A DNA stretch of 64,000 nucleotides from Kofleriaceae bacterium (GCA_037720695.1 JBBJLY010000001.1:55878-119877); one strand, 5' to 3'; counted from the stretch's first letter, positions 51,260-62,344 are shown. Made by a program: numbers and translations. Notes: generated by a model not told the origin, from the sequence alone.

Positions 51260-53062
51260 TCACAGCACGCGCAGGTACGCGAGCAGCGCGGCGGTCTCGG
51301 CGTCGGTGAACGGGCGATCGTGCACCGGCGGCACGATGCCGGACTGGGTGGTCAGCAGCGGTGCGCCCGGCGCAAGGATCGCGACGCGCTTGAAGAACTG
51401 CTGGTAGTGCTCGACGACGGCCTCCAGCGTCGCGGCGGTGTTGTTGCTGAAGTATGGCGCGGTGCGCACGAGACCGCGCAGGCTTGGGATGTCGAGGTGC
51501 TCGATGTCGCCGGGGGCGCCCGGCGCAGGATAACCGGTCAGCAGCAGGCGGCCCGGATCGGAGGTCGTGACGCGCGTGATGCACGGCGGTTGCGGCGCGG
51601 GACCGCCACAGGGCGTCCCCGCTGGTGGCGCGCCGCTGTTCGTGATCTCGTAGGTGCGGACGTTCTCGAGCTGGCTCGCGCTGCATGCCGCGAACGTGAA
51701 GCGTGCCGGCGTGACGGAGTCGACCGGCCGCGGGCATGCGGTCGTGATGCCGTGGTACCGGATGAGCGCGGTCGGGGTGCCCGGGATGCCCTGCTGGATC
51801 GGCGTGCTGCCGCTCGGATGATCCGCGAGGTTGCCGTGGCACTGGCCACACGCGCGATCGAATACGACCTTGCCCTGCGCGGCGAGCGGGTCGAGCGCGG
51901 GGTCCGGATCCGGCAGCGGAGACGATCCGGCGGCCATCGCATCGGCCAGCACGCGGACCCGCGGCGACGAGAACTGCGTGTCCTCGAAGTGCGCGACGTC
52001 GGTCAGCCAGTCGGCCGCGGGATCGGCGGTGATGCCGGCGTGACCGCGCAGCGCGGCGAGCGCCTGCTGCTCGAGGGTGTCGATCCGACCGTCGAGCTGA
52101 TAGCCACCGCGCTGATTCGGGCCGCGCGGCCAGCCTGGCCCGACGTCATCGGGGCCGGTGATGCGGACATCGAAGATCGAGGGCACCGCGCGCCAGATGT
52201 CGGCGATGGTCTCGGTCGTCGGCAACGCGGACGCCGGGCACGGGATCGCCGCGCCGCAGTCGAGCAGCTTCACGTTCGGCGGCAGCGGGAGCGTGACCCG
52301 GACCAGCCCGTTCTCGATCAGGTTCGTGAAGTCATGCGCCGACGGGCCATGGATCCGGAAGTCATCGGCATCGATCGGACGGAACAGTGGGTCGTCCGTG
52401 CCGGTGCGCGTCATCTCGGTGAAGCGCGCCAGCACGCGCGTCGGGCTCAGCTGGAAGCTATCTGCGGGCACATGACAGTCGGCGCACGCGCGGCCGTTGC
52501 CACCGAGCCCAGCGAGCGTTCGATCGTGAAAGTTGGTCTCACCGCGGCAGGCGCTCGGATCGGCAGCACCAGGAAGGTCGAGGTGCACCGCGGTCGCGGG
52601 AAACCGGCGATCGCCTTGCTGCAAGTGCAACGTGAACGTGTCGGCCTCCGCGGGACTCCCGGCCGTTGGCGCGTCGTCGTGGTCGCAAGCCTCGTCGGGC
52701 ACGTCGCCCACCTTGCACCGCGAGAACGCGTAGGGACGACCGGGCGCACCGCGGTAGATGCACGTCGTCTCGGCGCCGGCGCCAGTGCGGTAGCTGAACA
52801 GGACCTTGCCGTATCCCGCACCGCCGATCGGCACCGGAATCTCGGTGGGAATCACGAAGCCGAGCACGCCATCGCCGAGCAGCACGTGGCCGTCGACGAC
52901 GCGCTTCGGTCGATAGTCGCGTCTCGCATCGAGCGAGACACCATCACATCGCGACGGCGGCGCGGCCAGCGCCTCTGCGACGACGACGCCCTCGCCTGCT
53001 TGCTCGACGGAACAGGCGGTGCTCGCGAGACCGAGCACGATCAGAACAGGAGCGACTTGCAT
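51260..53062 (-). CDS. di-haem cytochrome c peroxidase/MauG-family lipoprotein
   Basis: Two CxxCH motifs ('GRACADCHVP', 'RACGQCHGN'). 'FHDRTLAGLG' and 'PSLRGLVRTAPYFSNNTAATLEAVVEHY' match the CCP pattern. Lipobox 'LASTAC' from ATG 53062. Confidence 0.75.
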   Translation of the reverse strand: MQVAPVLIVLGLASTACSVEQAGEGVVVAEALAAPPSRCDGVSLDARRDYRPKRVVDGHVLLGDGVLGFVIPTEIPVPIGGAGYGKVLFSYRTGAGAETTCIYRGAPGRPYAFSRCKVGDVPDEACDHDDAPTAGSPAEADTFTLHLQQGDRRFPATAVHLDLPGAADPSACRGETNFHDRTLAGLGGNGRACADCHVPADSFQLSPTRVLARFTEMTRTGTDDPLFRPIDADDFRIHGPSAHDFTNLIENGLVRVTLPLPPNVKLLDCGAAIPCPASALPTTETIADIWRAVPSIFDVRITGPDDVGPGWPRGPNQRGGYQLDGRIDTLEQQALAALRGHAGITADPAADWLTDVAHFEDTQFSSPRVRVLADAMAAGSSPLPDPDPALDPLAAQGKVVFDRACGQCHGNLADHPSGSTPIQQGIPGTPTALIRYHGITTACPRPVDSVTPARFTFAACSASQLENVRTYEITNSGAPPAGTPCGGPAPQPPCITRVTTSDPGRLLLTGYPAPGAPGDIEHLDIPSLRGLVRTAPYFSNNTAATLEAVVEHYQQFFKRVAILAPGAPLLTTQSGIVPPVHDRPFTDAETAALLAYLRVL

Positions 53063-53075
53063 GTCCGCATGCCTG

Positions 53076-53091
53076 TGCAGCGGCAATGCCA
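53076..53091 (-). promoter_or_regulatory. candidate sigma-54 (-24/-12) promoter TGGCAT-N5-CTGCA
   Basis: On the minus strand, TGGCATTGCCGCTGCA has the exact GG-N10-GC spacing. It lies between the sigma-54 activator gene and the peroxidase gene. The predicted transcription start is only about 3 nt before ATG 53062. Confidence 0.4.
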
Positions 53092-53185
53092 CGCGCGCGG
53101 GCGCGGTACAGCGGTCGCCGCGCGGCGGACAAGCCGCGACGCTCGCTCATCGGGACAGTCAGACAGACAGCTGTCAGACGGCAGG

Positions 53186-54509
53186 TCAGCGAAAGCTGGT
53201 CGGGTCGAGCTGGTAGCGCTTGAGCCACCGGTAGATCTGCTTCGCGTCCTTGCCATAGAACGCAGCGAGTCGGCTGACGTTGCCGTGCAGCCCGGTGAGC
53301 TGCGTGACGAGCTCGTCGCGACTCGGCATGCCGGGGAGCTGACCCTCGCCGCTCGCGGGTACGGCCTCGTCGGGCGAGGCGATCGGAAGCTCGAGGACTG
53401 CATCGAGATCCGAGCGCCGGACCTCCGTGCGGGCACCGAGCTGGAGTGCGATCAACTGCATCGCCGACTGCAGCTCGCGAATATTGCGTGGCCACGGATG
53501 GGTGACGAGTCGCTCGGCGGCCTGGCCGGAGAGCTGGCGCACGGGACCGGCCGCGGCAAGGAAGCGCTCCGCGAGCATCACGATGTCTCCGCGCCGCGTG
53601 CGCAGCGGCGGCAGCTGAATGACGGCACCGGCGAGCCGCGCGTGAGGTCGCTGCGAAACCGGCCCTCTGCCGTGCGCGCCGCGAGATCGAGGTTGGTCGC
53701 CGCGATCACCCGCGCATCCGTGTGCACGCTGCGGGTGGCGCCGACCGGAATGATCTCGTGGGCGTCGAGTGCGCGCAGCAGCTTGGCCTGATGCGCGAGC
53801 CCGAGCTCGCCGATCTCGTCGAGGAACAGCGTCCCGCCCTGGGCTTCGAGGAACAGGCCCGGGCTGTCACTGGTCGCGCCGGTGAATGCGCCCTTCCGGT
53901 GCCCGAACAGCGTCGCCTCGAACAGATCGTCCGCGAGCGCGGCGCAGTTGACCGCCACGAACGGGCCCCGCCGGCCGCTCTGCCGGTGGACGTACTGTGC
54001 GAGCACGTCCTTGCCGGTCCCCGTCTCGCCGAGCAGCAGCACCGGGATCGCGGATGGGGCCACGCGTGCCGCGAGCGCAGTCGCGGCGACAAATGCCGGC
54101 GCGTTGCCGACCAGCAGCGGATCTCCGGTCTCGCCGGCCGGGCCACCATCTGCGAGCTCGAGCAGCGTGTCACCGACGCGCACGAGGTCCCCGCGCTGCA
54201 GCATGCGCGTCGCGATCCGGTGGCCGTTGACGAACGTGCCATTGCGACTGGCATGATCGTGGATCTCGACGATGACTCCCGCGCGCGTGATGGTCGCGTG
54301 CAGGCGCGACAGCTTTGCGTCATCGATCGCGAGCTCGACGCCGGGGCCGAGCGCCCTGCCGATGCCGAGCCTCGTCGCGAGCTCGACCCGGCGCGACCGC
54401 AGCCCCGCGACCGGCGTGTGGAGGACCAGCAGCGACCACGACTCGGTGGCGCCTGGATCCGGTCCGGAGCCTGCGCTCTGGAGCGTCGTGGCGGAGGGCC
54501 GTCCGGCAA
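53186..54509 (-). pseudogene. FHA-domain sigma-54-dependent transcriptional activator (EBP), two frameshifts
   Basis: FHA domain '[32 protein letters not shown]'. AAA+ domain '[12 protein letters not shown]', 'GAFTGA' and '[11 protein letters not shown]'. Fis HTH 'NVSRLAAFYGKDAKQIYRWLKRY'. Junctions at about 53641-53644 ('DL|YARLAG') and about 54493-54497, next to the TTG start. Confidence 0.8.
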
Positions 54510-54551
54510 GGCCGCACTCTACCAGCGCGGTTCCTGCCCTACACTCCCCAC

Positions 54552-57068
54552 GTGATCGAGGGCGACACGGCGCCGGACAGCGAGCCGGAGGTTCCCGCGA
54601 CCGGGCGCCTCGCGGACGAGCTGCTGCCTGAGACGCTGGTCGACCGCTACCAGATCGAGCACCGGCTCGGCGCCGGCGGGATGGGCATCGTGTACGCGGC
54701 GCGCGATATCCATCTCGGCCGCGCGGTCGCGGTCAAGCTCGTCGGTTCGCGCGTCGACCTCGAGTCCGGCCAGGGCCAGCTCGTGCGCGAGGCGCAGGCG
54801 ATGGCGAAGCTGCGCCACCCGAACCTCGCCACCGTCTACGATCTCCGGGTCACGGCCGACCGGCTGTTCATCGTGATGGAGCTGGTCGACGGCGGCACGC
54901 TCGCCGACTGGGCTGGTGCCGTCGCGCGACCATGGCGCGAGCTGACCGCCATGTATCTGCAGGCTGGGAGAGGCCTCGCGGCGGCGCATGCCGCCAGTTC
55001 GTTCATCGCGACTTCAAGCCGGAGAACGTGCTGGTCGGCAAGGACGGCATCGCGCGGGTCAGCGACTTCGGGGTCGCGGGCATCCTCGGCGCCCAAGGCC
55101 TCGTCGGGACGCCCGGCTACATCGCGCCGGAGGTGCGACGGCACGAGCCCGTCGACGGCCGCGCGGATCAGTACAGCTTCTGCATCGCGCTGAGCGCTGC
55201 GCTATGCGGCAAGCGTCCAGCCGAGTCCGTCGCGCGCCATGTTCGCCCGCGCTGGCTGATGAAGATCATCACGCGCGGGCTGGCGGAGGATCCGCGCGAT
55301 CGCTGGCCGTCGATGGACGTGCTGATCGGAGCGATCGAGCGCAGGCTCGAGCACCGCCGGCGCGCGTGGTTGCTTGCGGCCCTCGCTGTGGTGGTCGTCG
55401 GCGTGACGATCGCGGTGATCGCCGGCACGCGGCGACCGCCGCCGTCGGTGCGGAGCTGGTCGCCGGTCGTGATCGGGCGCGAGCGTCGCGACTCGCCGCT
55501 CGGCATGATCGTGTCGCGAGATGGCTCGACCGTGGCCGGCATCGCCGCGACCGAGGCGTGGACCGAGCCGCGCAGCGTGGTGGATCGCGACGGCGGATCC
55601 GTTCCCGGTCCGCGCCGAGCTCGACGCGTGCCGGCTGTCGCGCACCGGTGCGCGGCTGGTCTGCGGGTTCGGCGGCGAGCTCGAGATCTGGGCGATCGAG
55701 CTCGCCACCCTGCGCGCGTCGCGCCTCGTCACGGGAGCCAGGCTGTTCGACGTCGGACCCGACGACAGCATCCTGTTCGGCTCGGTCGACCTCGCGCGGC
55801 TCCACCGCCGCACGGCCTCGGGCGTCACCGCATCGATCGCGACGGTGCGTGGCCCCGACTTGCTCACCGGCGCCGTGTGGTCGCCCGATGGCACGCGCAT
55901 CGCGTACAAGGTGCGGACCGCGGATGGCGCGCGGATCGAGATCTTGACGCTGGCGACCCACGACACCCGGGTGGTGTCGCGTCGGATCTGCAAAGAGCTC
56001 GAGTGGCTGACCGACACGTCGCTCGTGTGTGCCCCGCGCAGCTTTCGCAAGCCGCTCGTGATCGAGCTTCGCCTCGGTGCGGGAGAGGCGACGGAGCTCG
56101 TCCGCTACGACGGCCCCGAGTACCAGCAGGTCAGCGCGCTGTCCGCATCGGCCGCGGGCGTCTTGCTGTCGACCTCGCCGAACGATCAACACCTCGCGAT
56201 CGTGTCGTCGAGCGGTGAGGTGCAACGGATCGCGTCGGGCGGCGTCACCGATCTGCCGGCCGCAGGCTTCACCGCTTCGGGACAGCTGATCTTCGGGGCC
56301 AGCGAGCAAGGGCATCTCCGGATCAAGTCGCTCGAGGTCGACGGGACCGTCGCGACCGTGCGCACCGGCCCGACCGCGGAGGTCCCGTTCGTCGTCGCCG
56401 GCGAGACGGTGGTGTTCGGACGCTTCCCGGGCGGCGAAGCCACGATCCCGTTCTTCGAGACCCCGGTCGGTAGGCGCTATCCCGACGGCGAGCTGTTCCG
56501 GCTGATGCTCGCATCGGGCAAGGTCGAGCCACTCGGTGCGACGCGCGGATTCAGCTCGCTGTCGTGCGCGACTGCTGTCGGACCTTGCCTGCTCGCGGAG
56601 CGCAGCGGCGCGTACGTGATCGCGCGCGACTGGGATCTCGCGACCGGCGCGCGGGGGCCCGAGCGCGCCCGCTGGCTGGTGACCAGCTTCGCGTCCACCG
56701 TCGCGCTGTCGCCCGATGGCCGCACGCTCGCCCACGTCCAGCGCCTGATGGAGAACCGCGAGCTGTCGCTGCTCGAGCTCGACACCGGGGTCCGTCGCCG
56801 GATCGAGCTGCCGGGGACGGCGCTCGACTTCCCGCGCTGGCTGCCCGACGCGACCCTGGTCGCTGTGCGCACGCGCGGTGGCGAGCGTGGCCTGGTCCGC
56901 GTGCGGGAAGCCGGACCGCCGGAGCTCGTGCTCGCGGTGCCACCGGCTGGCGAATCGCTGACCCTCGCGGGCGAATTCCAGATCGCACCTGACGGTCGCG
57001 CCGCGGTGCTGCTGACCGATTCACTCCAGACCCATGGCTGGGTCGCCCGTGATCAGTTCCAGAATTGA
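54552..57068 (+). pseudogene. Ser/Thr protein kinase with a TM segment and a C-terminal beta-propeller (PD40/WD40-like), two frameshifts
   Basis: '[12 protein letters not shown]', 'VAVK', 'HRDFKPENVL', 'DFG' and 'GTPGYIAPE'. TM segment 'LLAALAVVVVGVTIAVIAG'. Propeller repeats 'WSPDGTRIAY' and 'LSPDGRTLAH'. Junctions at about 54993-54998 and about 55570-55585. Confidence 0.8.
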
Positions 57069-58102
57069 TCGAGCAGCAACATCGCGAGCTTGATCGGCTC
57101 GCCTTGCCGGCGATTGGTCAAGATGATCACGCCGAGCTTGCGGGAAGGCACCCAGACCAGCGCGTTCTTGAACCCGCTCGTGGTGCCGGTGTGGAACACG
57201 ACCTTCTCGCCGCGCTGCTGACTGATCCGCCAGCCGAGGCCGTACTTGATCGCGGGCTCGTCGGTCGCGACCAGCGCGCTGGTGGCCTCGGCGAGCCGCT
57301 TGGGTGCGAGCAGCGTGCTGTGATCGAGGGCATCGATCCAGCGCGCCAGGTCGTGGACCGACGAGTACACGCCGCCATCACCGAGCACGGCGCTGCTCCG
57401 GTTCTGATCGGCCGGCCCGAGCTGGTTCGGGCTGCCGCTGTAGCCGAGCGCGCGATGCGGGATCGTGACCTGCGGGTCGTAGACCAGTGAGGCCGTCATC
57501 TTCAGTGGTTCGAAGATGTTCTTGCGCAGGAACTCCGCGTACGAAACCTTCGACACGCGCTCGACGACCAGTGCGAGCAGCGCGTACCCGGTGTTGTTGT
57601 AGCGGTAGCGCGTGCCGGGCGTCAGCGCGAGCCGTTGCTTCGCGAGCAACGCGAGCACGTCACGATCGACGATCTGCGCCGGGTCGTCCTTCGGCAGCAG
57701 CGTCTCGTACTCCGGCAGCCCGGAGGTATGGGTGAGCAGGTGGCGCAACGTCACGGTCGGCGCCTGCTGCGCGAGCTCGGGCAGGTAGCGCGCGACCGGA
57801 TCCTCGATCGACAGGCTGCCACGGTCGGCGAGGATCGAGATCGCCGTCGCGGTGAACGGCTTGGTCACCGACGCGAGCCGGTAGTTCGTGTGCGACCCCG
57901 CGCGCTCCTTGGTCTGGAGGTTGGCCAGCCCGTACGAGCGCTCGAACACGATCGAGCCATGCTTGACGATCGCGATGCTCGCGCCCGGCTGCTGCCCGGC
58001 GTACGACGCGAACAAGGCGTCCACCGGGTCACCGGGACATGCTGCGGCGATCACGGACAGAACACCGGCAAACACCGCGAGACCGGGCACGACCTGCAGC
58101 AT
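57053..58102 (-). CDS. serine hydrolase, beta-lactamase (class C/PBP4*-like) family
   Basis: The last 349 aa of track ORF 57053..59032. SxxK motif 'ASVTKPFT', 'YNNTGY' and 'HTGTTSG'. Confidence 0.85.
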   Translation of the reverse strand: MLQVVPGLAVFAGVLSVIAAACPGDPVDALFASYAGQQPGASIAIVKHGSIVFERSYGLANLQTKERAGSHTNYRLASVTKPFTATAISILADRGSLSIEDPVARYLPELAQQAPTVTLRHLLTHTSGLPEYETLLPKDDPAQIVDRDVLALLAKQRLALTPGTRYRYNNTGYALLALVVERVSKVSYAEFLRKNIFEPLKMTASLVYDPQVTIPHRALGYSGSPNQLGPADQNRSSAVLGDGGVYSSVHDLARWIDALDHSTLLAPKRLAEATSALVATDEPAIKYGLGWRISQQRGEKVVFHTGTTSGFKNALVWVPSRKLGVIILTNRRQGEPIKLAMLLLDQFWN

Positions 58103-58306
58103 AGCGCGGTCCCGCACATCCGCTGCCCCGAAGCTGGGTGGCAGCAGTTTGTCGCAGGCGTCGCGGTACTCGCGCTGCCATGCGTTATCAGCGGCGAAAA
58201 TCGCTGGCAGCGGAGCGGCAGTTCGATACGATGTTCCCGCGCGACGTTGAACGATCGCAGGGGGCGGGCAACGGGACCCGCGAGCGAAGTCACCACGCGC
58301 GTTGCC

Positions 58307-59530
58307 ATGGCCACGCTGACGCCTGCCGAGCCGCGAGAACGCATGGTCGTGCTCGACGTCTTGCGTGGCCTCGCGCTGCTCGGCGTGTTGCTCGGAAACA
58401 CGCAGCGCCTGTACAGCGGGATGTTCGCTGGGACCCTTCAGGGCTACCAGATGACCGAGCTGGATATCGCCGCGTCGTGGTTCATCGCGCTGCTGATCCA
58501 GAGCAAGGCGCAGACGCTGCTGACCTTCCTGTTCGGGTTCGGCTTCGCGGCGCAGCTGCTGCGCGCCCGCGAGCGCGGCGAACCGGTGATCGGGATGTAC
58601 GTGCGCCGGCTGCTCGCGATGCTCGCGTTCGGCATGCTGCACATCGGGCTCGTGTGGTGGGGCGACGTCCTGTGGACCTATGCGGTCGCCGGCTTCGTGT
58701 TGCTCGCGTTTCATCGGGTGTCGAACCGGACGCGCGTGATCGCGGCGGCGCTCCTGGTGTTCGTCCCGGGCGCGATCATGTCGCTGCCGGGGATGTGGGC
58801 GCGCGCCTCGTCGCTGCTGTATCCATCGGATGCCTGGCCGATCTACACCCGTGACCTGCTGGCCGCGATGCGGGGGGACGACCACGGCGAGCTGCTGTGG
58901 CAGCAGATCCGGTTCTTCCCGCTGTTCTCCGCAGCCGGCATCTACTCGTATCAGCCGTGGCTGGTCGGCCGGTTCCTGCTCGGCCAGGTCGCCGGCTCGC
59001 TGCGGTGGTTCGATCGCGATGGCGCCGACCACCTCGCGGTGTTCAAGCGGATCCTGTTCTGGGGCGGCTTTTTGGGCGCTGCCGGCCTCGTGTTCTCGGT
59101 GTTCCAGGTCCTCGGGTTGACTCGGAGCGCCGAGCAGACGGTCGTGCGAGAGATCCTGCTCTCGGTGTTCCGCGAGCTCAACTACCTCGGGCTGGCGGCG
59201 TTCTACCTCTCCGCGACCGTGCTGATGTTCCAGCGCGGCCGCTGGCGCCAGTTGCTCTCCGCGGTCGCGCCCGCAGGCCAGATGCCGCTGACGGTCTACA
59301 TCTCCCAGAGCGTGATCATGACGTTCCTCCTCTACGGGTGGGGGCTCGGGTGGAACGACTGGCTGAGCCCGGCGGGGTACGTCGGCCTGTCGTTCGCGGT
59401 GTTCGCGGTCCAGGTGCTCGCGTGTACGCTGTGGCTGCGGTCATTCCGGTTTGGACCGCTCGAATGGCTGTGGCGCGCGGTGGTGTACTGGCGGTTTCCG
59501 CCGATGCGGCTCTCCGTGACGCGCACCTGA
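58307..59530 (+). CDS. DUF418 (YeiB-like) membrane protein
   Basis: ATG 58307 gives 'MATLTPAEPRERMVVLDVLRGLALLGVLLGN'. C-terminal 'FRFGPLEWLWR' motif. 407 aa. Confidence 0.8.
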   Translation: MATLTPAEPRERMVVLDVLRGLALLGVLLGNTQRLYSGMFAGTLQGYQMTELDIAASWFIALLIQSKAQTLLTFLFGFGFAAQLLRARERGEPVIGMYVRRLLAMLAFGMLHIGLVWWGDVLWTYAVAGFVLLAFHRVSNRTRVIAAALLVFVPGAIMSLPGMWARASSLLYPSDAWPIYTRDLLAAMRGDDHGELLWQQIRFFPLFSAAGIYSYQPWLVGRFLLGQVAGSLRWFDRDGADHLAVFKRILFWGGFLGAAGLVFSVFQVLGLTRSAEQTVVREILLSVFRELNYLGLAAFYLSATVLMFQRGRWRQLLSAVAPAGQMPLTVYISQSVIMTFLLYGWGLGWNDWLSPAGYVGLSFAVFAVQVLACTLWLRSFRFGPLEWLWRAVVYWRFPPMRLSVTRT

Positions 59531-59565
59531 CGCAAGTGATCGGAGCGCCGATTCGTGGTTAGATC

Positions 59566-61551
59566 TTGCGAGTGGCAACGAGCTCTGATCTCGAGCCCGG
59601 CGACCCGTATCGCCTGCTGTCACGCGACGAGCTCGAGCACCGCGCCCGCGCCTCGGAGAATCGCTTCGAGCAGGCGTTCCACGGCAACGCCGCGGCGATG
59701 GTGATCGCGCACCGGAGCGACCTCCGGATCATCGACGTCAATCGGCGGTGGCTCGAGCTGTTCGGGGCGACGCGCGAGGACGTGATCGGGAAGACGTCGG
59801 TCGAGCTTGGCCTGATCAGCGAGGCCGACGCGAACGCCCGGATCGCGCGGCACAAGCAGTTCGTTGGGGGCTACGACGCCGAGCTCGTGTTGCGGAAGCG
59901 CACCGGCGAGTCGCTGACCGTCCTCGCGAGCGCGAAGCCGATCGAGATCGAGGAAGGCCCGTGCACGCTGACCACCGTGATCGACATCACGGCGCGCAAG
60001 CACGCGGAGGAAGCGTTCGAGGTCGCATTCAGCGCCGGACCGGCGGGCATGATGTTGGTCCATGTGGCGACCGACGTGGTCGTCTCGGTCAACGCGCGCA
60101 TGCTGGAGATGACCGGGTACCAGCGCGACGAGCTCGTCGGCCGCGGCGTCGACGAGCTCGCGTTCGTCCTCAATCGCTCGCGCGGGGAGCTACTCGCCGA
60201 GCTCGAGCGTACCGGCCGGCTGAACGAGGTCGAGCTCGAGCTCGGGTGCAAGGATGGCTCGGAGCTGTGGACGCTGGCGTCGACCGAGACGGTACGGATC
60301 CACGACACGCCGCACCGGCTCACGGCGTTCACGGACATCACGGCCCGGATGCGGGTGGAGAGCCGGCTGTTGACCCAGCACGTGGTGGGTCGGTGTCTCG
60401 CAGAGGCAGGCGAGCTCGAGACCGCGTTCCCGCAGGTCCTCCAGGCGCTCGGCCGGGGCGAGGGCTGGGAGTGCGGTGCGGTGTGGCTCCGCGACGAGCA
60501 CCGCGCGCTGCAGGTGCACAGCGCATGGCGCCTGGATCGTCTCGAGCCGGGTGCGCTCGCCGAGTTGCTCGAGCGCGTGGTCGCGAACGGCGAGGCCGAG
60601 ACCGTCGCGCTCTCCCGCCCGCTCGCGGGTCGGGAGACGATGACGCGCGCCCTGGCATTTCCCCTGCTCCGCGGCACGGAGGCGCTCGGCGTCGCGGTGC
60701 TGTTCGGCACTGGCGAGCACGTGGCGATCGAGACCGCCGAGCGCGGGCTGTTCGACTCGATCGGCCGCATGCTCGGCTTGTTCGTCGGACGGGCACGCGC
60801 CGAGCGCTCGCTCCGCGAGCTCAATATCGAGCTCGAGCGCCGCGTCCTCGAGCGCACGCACGACCTCGAGCTCAGCAATCGCGACCTCGAGGCGTTCTCC
60901 TCGTCGATCTCGCACGACCTGCGGGCACCGCTGCGGACGATTCACGGGTTCTCAGAGATCTTGCTCGAAGATTTCTCCGAGGAGCTCCCTGCCAAGGCGC
61001 GGCGCTACCTGACGAGCATCCACGAGAGCGGCGACCGGCTCCGCCACCTGATCGACGATCTGCTCGCGTTCTCGCGCCTCGGCAGCAAGGGCGTCCGCCG
61101 CGACGAGGTCGATCTCGACGAGCTCGTGCGATCCGTGCTCGACGAGCTGATCGCGGCCCGGGAGCTTGGGAACAAGCTCGAGCTCCACGTGATGCCGCTC
61201 GGCACGTGCTACGCGGATCCGTCACTCCTGCGAGCCGTGTGGATGAACCTGCTCGATAATGCGTTCAAGTACGCGCGCGACTCGCATCCGATGGTGATCG
61301 AGGTCGGGCGCGCGCACACCGGCGGCGAGACCGTGTTCTACGTCCGCGACAACGGTGTCGGCTTCGACATGGCCGAGGCCGACCGGCTGTTCGGCGTGTT
61401 CCAGCGCTTGCATCCGCCGAGCGAGTTCGAGGGCACGGGGGTCGGCCTCGCGAACGTGCGCCGGATCGTCGAGCGCCATCACGGTCGCGTCGCGGCGAGC
61501 TCGCAGCTCGGCCACGGCAGCCGGTTCGAGTTCACGCTCGGCCCGACCTGA
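59566..61551 (+). CDS. PAS-PAS-GAF sensor histidine kinase
   Basis: Two PAS blocks ('ENRFEQAFHGNAAAM', 'FEVAFSAGPAGM'), a GAF-like segment, the H-box 'FSSSISHDLRAPL', and N/G boxes 'LLDNAFKY', 'DNGVGFD' and 'GTGVGLA'. 661 aa. Confidence 0.9.
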   Translation: MRVATSSDLEPGDPYRLLSRDELEHRARASENRFEQAFHGNAAAMVIAHRSDLRIIDVNRRWLELFGATREDVIGKTSVELGLISEADANARIARHKQFVGGYDAELVLRKRTGESLTVLASAKPIEIEEGPCTLTTVIDITARKHAEEAFEVAFSAGPAGMMLVHVATDVVVSVNARMLEMTGYQRDELVGRGVDELAFVLNRSRGELLAELERTGRLNEVELELGCKDGSELWTLASTETVRIHDTPHRLTAFTDITARMRVESRLLTQHVVGRCLAEAGELETAFPQVLQALGRGEGWECGAVWLRDEHRALQVHSAWRLDRLEPGALAELLERVVANGEAETVALSRPLAGRETMTRALAFPLLRGTEALGVAVLFGTGEHVAIETAERGLFDSIGRMLGLFVGRARAERSLRELNIELERRVLERTHDLELSNRDLEAFSSSISHDLRAPLRTIHGFSEILLEDFSEELPAKARRYLTSIHESGDRLRHLIDDLLAFSRLGSKGVRRDEVDLDELVRSVLDELIAARELGNKLELHVMPLGTCYADPSLLRAVWMNLLDNAFKYARDSHPMVIEVGRAHTGGETVFYVRDNGVGFDMAEADRLFGVFQRLHPPSEFEGTGVGLANVRRIVERHHGRVAASSQLGHGSRFEFTLGPT

Positions 61552-61610
61552 GCTGATCCGGGGAGCGTCAGGATCAGGCCCGCGCGCGTACGGTATGATT
61601 CATCCCCGCG

Positions 61611-62324
61611 GTGTCCGATTCGCAACAGCTCTGGGAGCGCTTCCGTACGGTCCTCACGGATGGGGACGCCGGATGGCAGAAGCTCGTCGTCGACCTCGGT
61701 CCCGAGCTCCAGCTGATGGCCCGCCGACAGCCGATCGGCAGGCTGCGCGACCGCGAGGACACGCCGCGCGAGATCCTGACCCGGGTGCTCGCGCGGCTGC
61801 ACGCGCGCGACTACGCGGCGATCCGGAAGCTGTGCGCGATGGATCCGCCGCCGGAGCTGCGAGCCTGGCTGCGCGTGCTCGTGATGCGGTCCGCGATCGA
61901 TTACATGCGCGAGCACCCGGAGTTCGAGCGCGGAGGTCCCGAGCAACCGCCCCGCTGGGTCTCGCTCGCGAGCTTCGACTCGTCGGACGCGCCCCCCGTG
62001 GATCCGAGCTCGCTGGCCGAGAAACGCGCCGAGCTGCTGGGGTTCGTGCGGACAGCTGTCGAGCGCGCGCAGGAAGAGTTCCGGGCGCACGGCGCCGAAG
62101 CGCAATCCCGACTCGCGCTCGAGTGGAAGATCGCGGCGATCCACGTCCGCCGCCTGCTCGCTCGCGGGGACCAGTATCTCGCGGTGCTCGATTCGGTGCT
62201 CGCCGGAAATAGCTATCCGGAGACCGCGACCCGGCTCTCGATCACGCGCCGCGAGGTCGAGCTGACCGTGCGCTATCTCGAGGAGCTGCTCCGGGCCCGC
62301 CACTTCGGGGTGGTGACCGAGTAG
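61611..62324 (+). CDS. divergent sigma-70/ECF-like sigma factor
   Basis: Region-2-like 'LRAWLRVLVMRSAIDYMRE' and region-4-like HTH 'AGNSYPETATRLSITRREVELTVRYLEELLR'. 237 aa, GTG start. Assignment is tentative. Confidence 0.5.
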   Translation: MSDSQQLWERFRTVLTDGDAGWQKLVVDLGPELQLMARRQPIGRLRDREDTPREILTRVLARLHARDYAAIRKLCAMDPPPELRAWLRVLVMRSAIDYMREHPEFERGGPEQPPRWVSLASFDSSDAPPVDPSSLAEKRAELLGFVRTAVERAQEEFRAHGAEAQSRLALEWKIAAIHVRRLLARGDQYLAVLDSVLAGNSYPETATRLSITRREVELTVRYLEELLRARHFGVVTE

Positions 62325-62344
62325 CCGTTGCAGCGGTCTGTGCC

